Shown: piece by piece, positions 9,479 through 19,207 of the stretch
How positions within the stretch are numbered: the stretch's first letter is position 1
How the letters are laid out: the number at the start of each line of letters is the position of its first letter
NCBI GenBank assembly: GCA_938045545.1
Contig: CALIBN010000038.1
Coordinates: 1-43,225 of the forward strand
Origin: an uncultured archaeon
Lineage (GTDB): Archaea > Thermoproteota > EX4484-205 > JAAOZP01
Direction: 5' to 3'
DNA length: 43,225 nt
Made by a program: the position numbers and the translations under genes
The notes under the pieces: generated by a model
Told to the model about the DNA's origin: nothing
Database searches by the model: none
The model's input: the letters and a program-made list of their open reading frames with translations, nothing else

Positions 9479-9883
9479 CTATTCTCCTTGCGTTTGCCTA
9501 CCCTTATCCTCGGCGAGAAGGAGGTCAACTAGGTTTTTAACCCTTCTAAGGTTGTCCAAGGAGTCTCTAAGATAGTCTAACCCCTCCTCAGTAATCTTAT
9601 ATTTTCTTCTCGCCGGTCCTCCGCCCTCAACATCCCATGAGGAAACCAGGAAGCCGGCATGCTCCATTCTCCTCAACAGACCATATATCAAGGCCTTCGG
9701 AGCCTCAACATTGTATTTTTCCCTTAAGGCCCTATATATCTCCGCTCCATATATTGAGCCGTTTTTAATCAAGTTTAATATCGATAGGTGTAGGAGTCCT
9801 CTAACCGGTACTTCTCTAAGACAAATATGCTTCTCCCCTCCGTGACACCACTTCCCGTGAGGATGCGCATTCCCACCACACAT
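9479..9883 (-). CDS. PadR family transcriptional regulator with Cys/His-rich N-terminus
   Basis: ILNLI...YGAEI...IYGLLRRME..G...GPARRKYKITEEG winged-helix pattern. Confidence 0.92.
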   Translation of the reverse strand: MCGGNAHPHGKWCHGGEKHICLREVPVRGLLHLSILNLIKNGSIYGAEIYRALREKYNVEAPKALIYGLLRRMEHAGFLVSSWDVEGGGPARRKYKITEEGLDYLRDSLDNLRRVKNLVDLLLAEDKGRQTQGE

Positions 9884-9898
9884 TATGCATCACCTACT

Positions 9899-9925
9899 TA
9901 GGTATATAACATACCTATATATAAA
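9899..9925 (-). promoter_or_regulatory. Inverted repeat TAGGTAT-N5-ATACCTA (putative PadR operator) next to TATA box TTTATATA
   Basis: Perfect 7-bp arms at 9899-9905 and 9911-9917. Minus-strand TATA element at about 9918-9925, roughly 35-40 bp upstream of the padR ATG. Confidence 0.7.
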
Positions 9926-10042
9926 GGTTACTACGCCAAAAACTCTGCTCATAAATTATACTGGCATGAAGGCTAAAATAGAAAGAAATGGTGTAAACTG
10001 CCTATTTTCCGCAAAAACGGCTAAGCGACTGTTTCTCGAGAA

Positions 10043-11055
10043 TCATCTTCCCTCCCCCTCTTGAAACGGCTCCGCGTTTTCCTTAACGTAGTCCACCACC
10101 TCGTCGACACGCGTAAACGCCAGCGAAACATGGGTGTCTGCAGAACCATAGTAGAGAGCTATTCTCCCGGTTTCCGCATCTGTTAGGGCTGCGCAGGGGA
10201 AAACCACGTTCGGAACAAAACCCACTGTCTCATACTCTTTCTCCGGTGTCAACAGATAGTTTCTACACCTGTAGAGAACCTTTGACGGCGTGTTTACGTC
10301 GAGTATTGCTGCACCACAGCTGTAGACATGGCCGTTGCACGTTAGAACCACACCATGGTAGAAGAGAAGCCATCCTTCTGTTGTCTCAATAGGTGTTGGG
10401 CCGGCGCCTATTTTAAGCCCCTGCACCAGCCTGAGCCTCCTCTACCCATGACCCTCCTGTGCCTGCCCCAGTGAACCATATCAGGGCTCTCGCTGAGGAA
10501 GATGTCTCCGAAAGGAGTATGCCCAGCGTCACTCGGTCTTGAAAGCATCACGTACTTACCGTTGATTTTCCGCGGAAAGAGGACTCCGCTCCTGTTGAAA
10601 GGTAGGAAGGCGTTCTCAAGCCTTGTGAACTCTTTGAAGTCCTTCGTGAAGCCTACACCTATAGATGGGCCGTAGAAATCTGTGCACCACGTCACGTAAT
10701 ACGTGTCCCCTATTTTAACAACCCTAGGGTCGTATGCGTAGTTAGGCTGGTATATTCTTCCCTCAGTATCCCTCCACGTGATCACCTCGTCTTCAATATC
10801 CCAAGGGATGCCGTCGTCGCTCCAACCAACGTGAAGCCTAGCCTTACCATCCTTATTGTCCGGCCCTGAAAACCCCTACGAACCCTTCTTTGAAAGACAC
10901 TACAGCGCTGTTGAACACTCTGGCAGTGCTCCTAGTGGGTTCCACTTGGTCAGAGGGTTCTTATCGTACCTCCAGACAACTCCCTCATAGCCTTTAGGCC
11001 TATCCTGCCAAGGGATGTTCCTAAGGCTTTCTCCAATAATCCTTGTTCCACCCAT
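10043..11055 (-). pseudogene. GH130 beta-mannoside/mannooligosaccharide phosphorylase (Thermotoga TM1225-like), three frameshifts
   Basis: Reconstructed protein: MGGTRIIGESLRNIPWQDRP..WRYDKNP / ARVFNSAVV..GVFRA / DNKDGKARLHVGWSDDG..YAYDPRV..RPSDAGHTPFGDIF..GW / [18 protein letters not shown]. Frame breaks at about 10938, 10860 and 10424. Confidence 0.9.
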
Positions 11056-11166
11056 TCCTTAAACCAACGTTTTCCCATCGCATGCAAAGTTATAAACTTG
11101 GCTTAGGGAAAGCTTTTGCGAAAAAGGTTCAGTCGGAATCGTTAAGCTTGCAAATCCAAGTAATCG

Positions 11167-11547
11167 TCATTTCTTCTTAAAGAAGAGCCAAGCGTTCTCC
11201 CCGGCTTTCTCAAACCTCATCAGGATGAAGCGTCCCCTAAGACGCTTCCCCCGTATTTCAACCTCTATGCTTCTATCTGTCCTCTTAACGAGCTCGTAAT
11301 CTCCGTAATCCCATTTTTCAACCCTGCCCGAGCCATACTGGCCTTCAGGTATGACTCCCTCAAACTCGGAATATTCTATGGGATGGTCCTCAACCTGTAT
11401 CGCTAGTCTTTTCACACCTGGCTTGTCCTCCGGCTCCTTGGGTATGGCCCAGCTTTTCAGAACACCGTCCATTTCGAGCCTTAGGTCGTAATGAAGGTGA
11501 GTCGCAGCATGCTTTTGAACAACATAAATCAGTTTCCTACGGCTCAT
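11167..11547 (-). CDS. Stand-alone LigD-type 3'-phosphoesterase (PE) domain protein
   Basis: [39 protein letters not shown] and GQYGSG..WDYG match the LigD PE motifs. ATG at 11547. Confidence 0.93.
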   Translation of the reverse strand: MSRRKLIYVVQKHAATHLHYDLRLEMDGVLKSWAIPKEPEDKPGVKRLAIQVEDHPIEYSEFEGVIPEGQYGSGRVEKWDYGDYELVKRTDRSIEVEIRGKRLRGRFILMRFEKAGENAWLFFKKK

Positions 11548-11569
11548 TCCCCCAGACCTGGAGAAACCG

Positions 11570-13111
11570 TCACATGCTGCCCGCCGTCCTATTCTGAATG
11601 ATCCTTCTAAGGGTTTCCACACTGCTTTTCCTAGGAGTCCTTTTTTTAGTGTTCAGGTCGACACTGTAGAGTCCAAACCTCATGCTGAACCCCTGCGCCC
11701 ATTCGTAGTTGTCAGTCAAAGCCCAGTGGAAATATCCTCTTAGGTCGAGGCTTTTCTTACTAACGATCTCCTCGAGAACCCGCAGGTGTTCGACAATATA
11801 CCTGGGCCTAAGCGTGTCTTCAGAGTCGGCGACACCGTTCTCAGTGATGTACATGGGTCTACCGTATTTAGACATTTCCAAAAGCGTCTCTGCAAGCCCC
11901 TCCGGGTAAAGCTCCCAGCCGAAATCTGACGTGGGCCTACCGTCAAGAGAAACATCTTTAGCCTTGCAGGTTAAGCCGTAGCCCTCCATAATCTCCGGAA
12001 TCCCCTGGATGCCCATGAATAACCTTGCAAGAAGAGACTTCCTTCCCTTCACAACCATCCGCGTGTAATAGTTTACTCCAAGCCAGTCCAGCTTCCCCTC
12101 GAGGTGTTTTTCAAACTCTTCGCCCTCCCTAACCATGTTGAGATTCGTATCAACCCATCCTGATGAGACTGCCTGTATGAAAAGGTTGTTGTGAACATGC
12201 CTCAGGAAACGTGAAGCATGCGAATCCTCCTCTCTGGAAGGGTCCAGTGGCATCACTGGGATGACATGTTGAATAATGCCTATCGATGCTGGAAGTGGAC
12301 TGTCCGGATCAGCCCGTTGACCATCAAACTTCTTCACTACTTCGAAGGCTCTTGCATGTGCAACAATCATGTTCACCAGGACGCGTTTAAAATTTTTTAA
12401 AGCGTTTAAAGCGTTTGTTCTAACGCTCGGTGGGAACCCGCTCCCAGCCATGAAATAGCCCGTCTCCGCAACGATATTCGGCTCGTTGAAAGTGGCCCAC
12501 ATGTCAACCCTTCCTCCAAGCCTCCAGGCTAAAAACGCAGCGTACTTAGAGAACTCTACGATCGTCTCCTGATCGTACCAGCCTCTAGGCCCCTTTCTAA
12601 ACCCCGAGTCCCTCACGGCAATCGGGTCGTGAACCCAGATTGGAAGAGTGAAGTGGTTTAAGCATACTATCACCTTAAACCCTTTCTCACTAAGATTATC
12701 AATAATCTTCTCGTAACGGTTTAAGGCATCTACACTAGCCAGGTTTTCAAGCTTCTCCAGAGCCCTATCATCGATGTCGATTCTAGCTATCCTCCCATGC
12801 TTAGTCTCCACGTCAACCCTGACTTCAAAAGTATTCTTGGGGAATATCCTGCTCCACTCCACTCCAAGCCTATATGCGTTCATGCCCAGTCTCTTAGCCA
12901 GCTCATGGTCAGACTCGTAAAGCTCCCAGTAGTCCACCCCGTTCTCGGGAAGATCGCCGCTAACAATCTTGTTTCTCACGTTTACTGGATCATGAACCCA
13001 TTTAAACCAGTCAGTATTCGGGTCCAGGTTTTTGCCGAGAGGGTCGCCCATTTCAAACTGGAAGCCTGCTTCTGAAACCCCCCAGAGAAAACCCTCTGGA
13101 AACATGAGCAT
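11570..13111 (-). CDS. GH1 beta-glycosidase, archaeal beta-mannosidase/beta-galactosidase (BmnA/LacS-like)
   Basis: FLWG..GFQFEMG, acid/base TFNEP, nucleophile [13 protein letters not shown]. The N-terminus resembles Pyrococcus BmnA (from recall). Confidence 0.93.
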   Translation of the reverse strand: MLMFPEGFLWGVSEAGFQFEMGDPLGKNLDPNTDWFKWVHDPVNVRNKIVSGDLPENGVDYWELYESDHELAKRLGMNAYRLGVEWSRIFPKNTFEVRVDVETKHGRIARIDIDDRALEKLENLASVDALNRYEKIIDNLSEKGFKVIVCLNHFTLPIWVHDPIAVRDSGFRKGPRGWYDQETIVEFSKYAAFLAWRLGGRVDMWATFNEPNIVAETGYFMAGSGFPPSVRTNALNALKNFKRVLVNMIVAHARAFEVVKKFDGQRADPDSPLPASIGIIQHVIPVMPLDPSREEDSHASRFLRHVHNNLFIQAVSSGWVDTNLNMVREGEEFEKHLEGKLDWLGVNYYTRMVVKGRKSLLARLFMGIQGIPEIMEGYGLTCKAKDVSLDGRPTSDFGWELYPEGLAETLLEMSKYGRPMYITENGVADSEDTLRPRYIVEHLRVLEEIVSKKSLDLRGYFHWALTDNYEWAQGFSMRFGLYSVDLNTKKRTPRKSSVETLRRIIQNRTAGSM

Positions 13112-13165
13112 CCATAACCCTGGGAAATATAAACTTTAGATGTTTAAAGGTTCCTAGCGGTAGGG

Positions 13166-13993
13166 TTAACGCCTGGCTTTAACAATAAACTTGCAAGCGG
13201 GATCCCCCTTAGCGATGCACTCCGCCTCCACTACGCTTACGCTTTCGTTCAAAACGTGTTTAAAAACCCCTGCTAAATATCCTCTGAAGAACTGGCTAAA
13301 GACCTCTCCCTTCTTCCCTTTGAAAGGCAGGCATTCGAATAATTCTCTGACTATCAGTGTCGCCCCATCGCTGTTGAACTCAGCCGCTTCAGCCATACAC
13401 CAGCCTTTAGCGGTTCTCTCCGCCAGTATTAGCTTTAAAACTTCCAACTTATCCATCTGATGCTTGTTTAAAACACTCATCACTTTGTCCTCCCCGGCTG
13501 ACACCCCCATCTGGTAAAGCACGACAGCTGCCCCGGTTCCAAACTTCTCGTAAAGACTTTCAACAATTCTTCCAAAGGTTTCAACTCTGAACGTGAAGCT
13601 TCTCTCGCCAGAAACAAGGAGTGGGAAGTGTAGGCTATCTATCATCAGCTCGTTAAACCTTTCATCAGAAACATTAACCTCTAAGACTCCTTCGATGCTC
13701 TCCAGATCCGTGGCGATATCCTTTGCCTGCGCGTCACTTTTTGAAATATCTATGAAAGCACCTATGAGAGCAGTGTCATCCTCCCTGCTTACAGTGTGGA
13801 AGCCGGAGAAAAGCTCAACCCTTCTTTCATAAAGAGTCTTGACAATCTCTGTGAAAACTCCCGGCATTCTTCTCATCTTTACAGAGATCTCGATGAGCTC
13901 AGCGTCAGGATGGTGCTCGGCGCATAAAACTTCCTTAGGGTTAGGTTTCCCACTCTTCCCGCCGCCTAGTTTTTTAACAGGCTTCTCCTCCAT
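13166..13993 (-). CDS. ACT-like plus V4R domain protein
   Basis: N-terminal PGVFTEIVKTL..RRVEL (ACT-like). C-terminal FEC...FFRGYLAG...EAECIAKGDPACKF (V4R, three Cys). Confidence 0.85.
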   Translation of the reverse strand: MEEKPVKKLGGGKSGKPNPKEVLCAEHHPDAELIEISVKMRRMPGVFTEIVKTLYERRVELFSGFHTVSREDDTALIGAFIDISKSDAQAKDIATDLESIEGVLEVNVSDERFNELMIDSLHFPLLVSGERSFTFRVETFGRIVESLYEKFGTGAAVVLYQMGVSAGEDKVMSVLNKHQMDKLEVLKLILAERTAKGWCMAEAAEFNSDGATLIVRELFECLPFKGKKGEVFSQFFRGYLAGVFKHVLNESVSVVEAECIAKGDPACKFIVKARR

Positions 13994-14086
13994 GTTCCCC
14001 CTCGGAGATTCGTTTTAACCATATAAACTTTCTTTTCAACCCTGATGAAACAAATTCCATGGGCTTCGGAATCGCGCTTTTTTAAA

Positions 14087-14126
14087 GTTTAGCATGGTTT
14101 AAATGCGTTTAAAACAGTTTAGAACA
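14087..14126. promoter_or_regulatory. Phased GTTT array resembling the 1967-2000 element, between the divergent ACT-V4R and AKR genes
   Basis: GTTT starts at 14087, 14097, 14107 and 14117. 14107-14126 (gtttaaaacagtttagaaca) matches 1967-1986 (gttcagaacagttcagaaca) at 17/20 positions. Confidence 0.5.
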
Positions 14127-14180
14127 ATACTTTTCGCAAAACCTTTAATAAGCTGGTGTTTTAAAAACATGTGATGGCTA

Positions 14181-15119
14181 TTGGAGTATGTTGAGCTGGG
14201 TAGAAGCGGTTTGAAGGTCTCCGTAATAGGCTTGGGCGCTTGGCAGGCCAGTGGGAAAGCCTGGGGTGCTGATGTTGAGGATGAACAAATAGTGAAGGCG
14301 ATGGTCAGGGCTTATGAGCTAGGGGTTAACCTTATAGATACTGCTGAAGCATACGGCGAGGGTCATTCTGAGGAGGTTGTTGCCAGAGCGATAAGGGAGG
14401 TTGGAAGGGAGAACCTTGTCATCGCCACGAAGGTTCACGGCGGGCACTTGAGGTACGACGATGTTTTGAAGGCCGCTGAACAAAGTTTAAGGAGGCTCGG
14501 AATAAGGGAAATAGACCTCTACCAGGTTCACTGGCCGAACCCTTGGGAGCAGATTCCGCTGAGGCACACTATGCGCGCCATGGAGAGGCTTTACAAGGAG
14601 GGTAAGATAAGAGCCATCGGTGTTAGCAATTTCGCCGTCAGAGACTTGGAGGAGGCGAGGAGACACCTGTCTGAAGCAAGCATCGTTTCAAACCAGGTTA
14701 GGTATAACATGCTGCAAAGGGAGATTGAGGAGGAGGTCCTGCCCTACTGCAGGAGGGAGAACATAACGGTGATCGCCTACAGTCCTCTGGCTCAGGGAGC
14801 GTTAACAGGGAAGTATGGTTTAAGCAATAAGCCTTCTGACAATATTAGAAGTGGGAACAAGCTTTTCACGGATGAGAACCTTGCTGAGATAACTCGTCTC
14901 TTGAAAGTCTTGGGGAAGATTGCTAGGGAAAGGGGCAAGACTATTGCTCAGGTTGCTATGAACTGGCTCCTGAAGGAGGGGAATGTTGTCCCGATACCTG
15001 GGGCGAAGAACCCTGCGCAGGCAGAGGAGAATGCTGGCGCAGCAGGCTGGAGGCTGAGCGGGCAGGAGCTCATGGAGATAGAGAGTGTTCTCAAAACATT
15101 ATCGTTAGACTTCTTCTGA
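14181..15119 (+). CDS. Aldo/keto reductase
   Basis: GLGAW, IDTAEAYG, IATK, DLYQVHWP, IGVSNF, AYSPL and PIPG motifs. Confidence 0.95.
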   Translation: MEYVELGRSGLKVSVIGLGAWQASGKAWGADVEDEQIVKAMVRAYELGVNLIDTAEAYGEGHSEEVVARAIREVGRENLVIATKVHGGHLRYDDVLKAAEQSLRRLGIREIDLYQVHWPNPWEQIPLRHTMRAMERLYKEGKIRAIGVSNFAVRDLEEARRHLSEASIVSNQVRYNMLQREIEEEVLPYCRRENITVIAYSPLAQGALTGKYGLSNKPSDNIRSGNKLFTDENLAEITRLLKVLGKIARERGKTIAQVAMNWLLKEGNVVPIPGAKNPAQAEENAGAAGWRLSGQELMEIESVLKTLSLDFF

Positions 15120-15202
15120 TTACCCTAATGTGGCGGGTGAGAGGCGCTAGATATGGTTTTGAAGCACCAGTTCATAAAAACCTGAAAATACTGTCTTGGT
15201 GG

Positions 15203-16435
15203 CTAACTGCTCTTAATCCTTCTAGAAGAAGGCTTCTCATTCATCCTGATGAAGAGCAATCCTGAAGCAAACCTTCCGGCTGCTGAAATGAAATAGCCTA
15301 TTTGAAGGCTTAAACTTCTCCCGAAATGGAGGCTCATGAACTCGTCCACGTTCCCTCCGACAGCCGAGCCCGTGAAATGCGATATTCCAGTTATCATGTT
15401 GTATATGGAAGTCAACTCGCCAACACGGTCTTCAGGAATAATGTCTAGAATATACGGGAGGATTGTCGCGTTGCCCACTGACAACATGACGCCGAGGTAA
15501 ACGCTGAGGAAGGCGAGGTGGAGAAAGCCTTGGGCGAAACAGTATGCCAATGGTACTGCGGTGAGCGAAACGTAATATAGTATTATCAGGGGCTTTTTGC
15601 CCTTGACGGTGGCTAAGCGTCCCATAAAGGGTTGAGCGATGAGCGTGGCGATGGTTTGAATCACTGAGATGGCTCCGACTTCAGTCATGCTTAGGTTAAG
15701 GATTGACGCGGTAGTGATGGTGAAAAGGGGCCAGGCGTAAGACATGAAGAAACCCTGTAGTGCTGACATTTTCAGAAAGAGCTTGAAATCGTTGCTCTCG
15801 TTTATTAAACCAGGTATGTCGGATATTTTGAATACTGACATGATTTTTTTGAAGCTGGTTTTACGAATCCTGTCCTCCCTTATCATCAAGAGTATTAGGG
15901 ACCCGGGTAGGCTTACGGAGACCGCTATCACGGAGGGTGCTAGGAGGCTCCCCCCGGAGTAATCTATGAGCCATCCTGAGAACGCTGTTGCAACCAGGCT
16001 TCCCAAGAGGGAGGCGATGTTCATGTTTGAAACCGCTATGCTTCTTGAAGAGGGCTGTGTAGCCTCCCTTAAAAGGGCGTTCCAAGCAGGGACTGCGGCG
16101 GAGCTCAGGAAGAAGTACAGTGCGACAAGGATTAGAAATGTTTTTGGCTCAGCCGTCAGAGCCATAGGTATCCAGACTAATGATGCTGCGATGCTTGTAA
16201 CAACTATGATGCCGACTCTTCTCCCAAGCACGTCGCTGAGCCTCCCCCAGGGTACTTGGAGGCTGCTGACGAAAAGGTTGTTGAAAGAATGCATCCAGCC
16301 TATTTCTCCCGGAGAAGCCCCGATTCTAGCGGCGTAAACATAAATGAAGGGGGTTACCATGCTGTTGCTCAGAGAGCTGGCGAAAGCCCTCCCATACATG
16401 AGTCTCAGCTTCTCCACGTTTTTATCGCCAGCCAT
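15203..16435 (-). CDS. MFS transporter
   Basis: About 12 TM helices; motif A WGRLSDVLGRR and a second copy MGRLATVKGKK. ATG at 16435 preferred. Confidence 0.9.
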   Translation of the reverse strand: MAGDKNVEKLRLMYGRAFASSLSNSMVTPFIYVYAARIGASPGEIGWMHSFNNLFVSSLQVPWGRLSDVLGRRVGIIVVTSIAASLVWIPMALTAEPKTFLILVALYFFLSSAAVPAWNALLREATQPSSRSIAVSNMNIASLLGSLVATAFSGWLIDYSGGSLLAPSVIAVSVSLPGSLILLMIREDRIRKTSFKKIMSVFKISDIPGLINESNDFKLFLKMSALQGFFMSYAWPLFTITTASILNLSMTEVGAISVIQTIATLIAQPFMGRLATVKGKKPLIILYYVSLTAVPLAYCFAQGFLHLAFLSVYLGVMLSVGNATILPYILDIIPEDRVGELTSIYNMITGISHFTGSAVGGNVDEFMSLHFGRSLSLQIGYFISAAGRFASGLLFIRMNEKPSSRRIKSS

Positions 16436-16742
16436 CAGAAGCACCGGGGATAACCCGCAGCTTTTAAACTCTACTTTTAAACATGAAGTCCACATAAAGT
16501 GCATACTCGTCTCCGGTAGAAATGCTGTTTTTACGGACGCTTCCTCCACGCGTTGCACGCCAACTCTAATGCGTGATGAGCATGCATAGTGTGCTATGAG
16601 TATACGGGGCTGGCTTAATCAAGCCGCGCGCTTTGAGTCGGAGCCTCTTCGCAAGGCGGAGAGGATTTAAAACTCTACCGTTGGAAAGAGGGACCCCGTA
16701 AATCTTATTAAAAACCTCTTGGCGAGCGCTATCCCGGTTAAA

Positions 16743-17804
16743 ATGAGCAGGATCAGGGTGGGCATAGTTGGTTGCGGCGGAATAGCAAGGAGCACTCACG
16801 TTCCATACTATAAGAAAATTAGTGAAGTTGAAATCGTTGCCTGCGCCGATGTTGACGTTAACACTGCGAGGAGCCTTGCTGAGGATTTTAAAATACCTAG
16901 GTATTACACGGATTTCAAAGATATGTTTGAGAAGGAGGAGCTTGATGCGGTAAGCGTCTGTACCCCGAACATGTTCCACAAGGATCCTACTGTCGCCGCG
17001 TTGAAGGCTGGTGCAGATGTTTTGACGGAGAAACCTATGGCCGGTAACCTTAGGGACGCCAGGGAGATGTACGAGGTATCTAAGAAGACTGGTAGAATCC
17101 TCATCATAGGGTTCCAGACGAGATTTAGGCCTGATTTAAACGTTCTTAAAGACATGGTTAACGCTGGAGAGCTTGGTGAAATATACTATTCCAGAGCACT
17201 AGCCTTGAGAAGGTGGGGCATACCTCCGAAAAAAACCTTCATAAGTAAAACGCTTGCCGGAGCAGGCCCGTTGTTCGACATAGGTTGCTACGCGGTGGAC
17301 TTTACGATGTATGTTATGAACTTTCCTGTACCCAAGTCGGCTTTTGGAGTATTATATACGAAGTTTGGCAATAATCCTGAAGCGGCTAAGCGGGGCTGCT
17401 GGGGTGGAACATGGAACCCGGTGGAGTTTGAGGTTGAGGACAATGCTTTTGCCTTAGTCAAGTTTAAGAATGATTTCACAATGCTTCTTGAGACAAACTG
17501 GGCGTCGTTCATAGATAGAGACAGATTCGGCGTTGAATTACTTGGGACTAAAGGCGGAGCCCGGCTTGACCCCCCAGAGATCTACATGGAGATTCAGGGA
17601 GTTAGAGTAAATGTTAAGCCACAGGACCAGCCGCCCAACATAGATATATACGAAATGAGGATTAAGAAGTTCATAGAGTCTGTTAAAGAGGGCAGGCCAT
17701 TATTCTCTCCGGCTATCGAGGGCCTAAGGGTCCAAGCCATCCTGGAAGCAATATACAGATCCGCAGTTGAAGATAGAGAGGTACCTGTCGAGTGGAGCTT
17801 TTGA
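16743..17804 (+). CDS. Gfo/Idh/MocA family NAD(P)-dependent oxidoreductase
   Basis: GIVGCGGIA Rossmann motif, CTPN..H, EKP, GPLFDIGCY. Confidence 0.93.
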   Translation: MSRIRVGIVGCGGIARSTHVPYYKKISEVEIVACADVDVNTARSLAEDFKIPRYYTDFKDMFEKEELDAVSVCTPNMFHKDPTVAALKAGADVLTEKPMAGNLRDAREMYEVSKKTGRILIIGFQTRFRPDLNVLKDMVNAGELGEIYYSRALALRRWGIPPKKTFISKTLAGAGPLFDIGCYAVDFTMYVMNFPVPKSAFGVLYTKFGNNPEAAKRGCWGGTWNPVEFEVEDNAFALVKFKNDFTMLLETNWASFIDRDRFGVELLGTKGGARLDPPEIYMEIQGVRVNVKPQDQPPNIDIYEMRIKKFIESVKEGRPLFSPAIEGLRVQAILEAIYRSAVEDREVPVEWSF

Positions 17805-18075
17805 ACGCGCCTTTCATTAACCGCTAAGTGAACTCCGAAGCCTTTCAATGGACTCTTCACCGTGATTTCACTCAATCTTAAGCTCCGTGATCGCAAGTCG
17901 ATACTTGCCTCTTCGGGTGATCTTTTCAATGTCACAGAAGGGTACATGTGTTTCCAGATGGTTATCCTCTCGGGTTATTAAGCCCTTCGTGGCCAACGCT
18001 GCAGGCCACTATTATCATCGCTGGCATTCAGAACTATCCGTTCATCAAAGTGATGCAACGCTATTTTAGGAAACG

Positions 18076-19092
18076 CTACACTCGTTTAATCAAGTATTCC
18101 TTTATGGATTCTGCTGCAATCAAACCGGATTTTAAAGCCGGCCCTATTAGAGAGGGGCCTGATTCAACGTCTCCGGCTGCGAAAACACCTTTCCAACTCG
18201 TCCTCCTCTTATCGTCCACGATTATCCTACCGTCTTCAGCCACGTGGATCTTGTCCGCGTTTTTCTTGAAGGGCGGGGTGGAAAGTCCTCCAGTCGCCAC
18301 TATTACTGAATCTACTTCAAACACTTTCTCAGACCCGGGGACTGGTATGGGAGAGGGCCTCCCACTCTTGTCAGGAGGGCCGAGCTTAACATCTATTGTG
18401 ACCATCTGCCTAACCCTCCCGTCTTCACCTTTGAATCCGACAGGGGCCTTAAGCTCAACTATTTTAACACCCTTCTCCTCAAGCATTTTAAGCTCTTTTT
18501 CACCCGCCGGAGCCTCTCTCCTGGTCCTCCTGTATACCAATGAAACCTCCTTAACGCCGATTTCAAGAGCTAGGATAGCCGAGTCTACTGCTGTTAAACC
18601 GGCCCCGATTACTGCCACGGAACTTCCTAGGCTCGGGAGGCTTGAAGGCGGGGAGTAGCCGAACTTCGTCAAATAGTATTTCACGATGTACGGTGCCGCG
18701 TGGAAAATGCCGTCGAGCTCCTCTCCTTCAACGTTAAGCCTCCGCGGCTCCCATGCTCCTGTTGCTATCAGAGTGGCATCATAATTCTCCACTATCTCGC
18801 TGAAATCTACGTCGAAGACATCTGAATCGTGAACCTTCTTGCCGAGGTGAAAGTAAACCCCTTTCTCAGAAAGCTCCTTCACGCCTTCCCTTACCCCTTT
18901 CTTCGGTATTCTAAAATCGGGAATGCCGAATAAGAGTAGGCCTCCAGCCTCTGGTAGCATGTCGTAAACGTCAACCTCGACTCCCTCGCAGATCAAGAAG
19001 CCTGCTGCGGTTAACCCCGCTGGCCCAGCACCGATTATTGCAACCCTCCCCTTTAAGCGTGGAGCCACCTCTCTACATTTTATGAACTTCAA
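18076..19092 (-). CDS. GltD/SudA-related FAD-dependent NAD(P)H oxidoreductase lacking the N-terminal Fe-S domain
   Basis: IIGAGPAG, GGLLLFGIPDFR, IATGA, IGAGLTAVD, YRRT (NADPH-type) and FAAGD. Confidence 0.88.
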   Translation of the reverse strand: MKFIKCREVAPRLKGRVAIIGAGPAGLTAAGFLICEGVEVDVYDMLPEAGGLLLFGIPDFRIPKKGVREGVKELSEKGVYFHLGKKVHDSDVFDVDFSEIVENYDATLIATGAWEPRRLNVEGEELDGIFHAAPYIVKYYLTKFGYSPPSSLPSLGSSVAVIGAGLTAVDSAILALEIGVKEVSLVYRRTRREAPAGEKELKMLEEKGVKIVELKAPVGFKGEDGRVRQMVTIDVKLGPPDKSGRPSPIPVPGSEKVFEVDSVIVATGGLSTPPFKKNADKIHVAEDGRIIVDDKRRTSWKGVFAAGDVESGPSLIGPALKSGLIAAESIKEYLIKRV

Positions 19093-19207
19093 GGCGTTTG
19101 CAGGAGGATTCAGTCTTAAAAAAACTTTTTGATACCGATATGCTTCCAGCGCGCTCTATAATCATTCGAGAGGAAAGGCTTATTACAGGGCTACTGTGAT
19201 TTCCGCC

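Noticed and set aside
10408-10940. Programmed frameshifting or a split GH130 as two functional genes
   Set aside because: Three shifts of mixed sign with no slippery heptamers; the fragments would split a beta-propeller.
12396-12416. TTTAAAGCG tandem duplication in GH1
   Set aside because: In-frame 9-bp duplication (NALNAL) in a probable loop; no sign of function.
16573-16615. C/D box sRNA
   Set aside because: A C-box-like GTGATGA is present, but there is no CTGA D or D' box at suitable spacing.
16566-16979. 137-aa minus-strand ORF
   Set aside because: Largely antisense to the Gfo/Idh/MocA gene; no motifs.
17805-18075. Possible small gene in the convergent gap
   Set aside because: Only short broken frames with no recognisable motif.
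17948-18658. 236-aa plus-strand ORF
   Set aside because: Ser/Pro/Thr-rich antisense shadow of the GltD-like gene.
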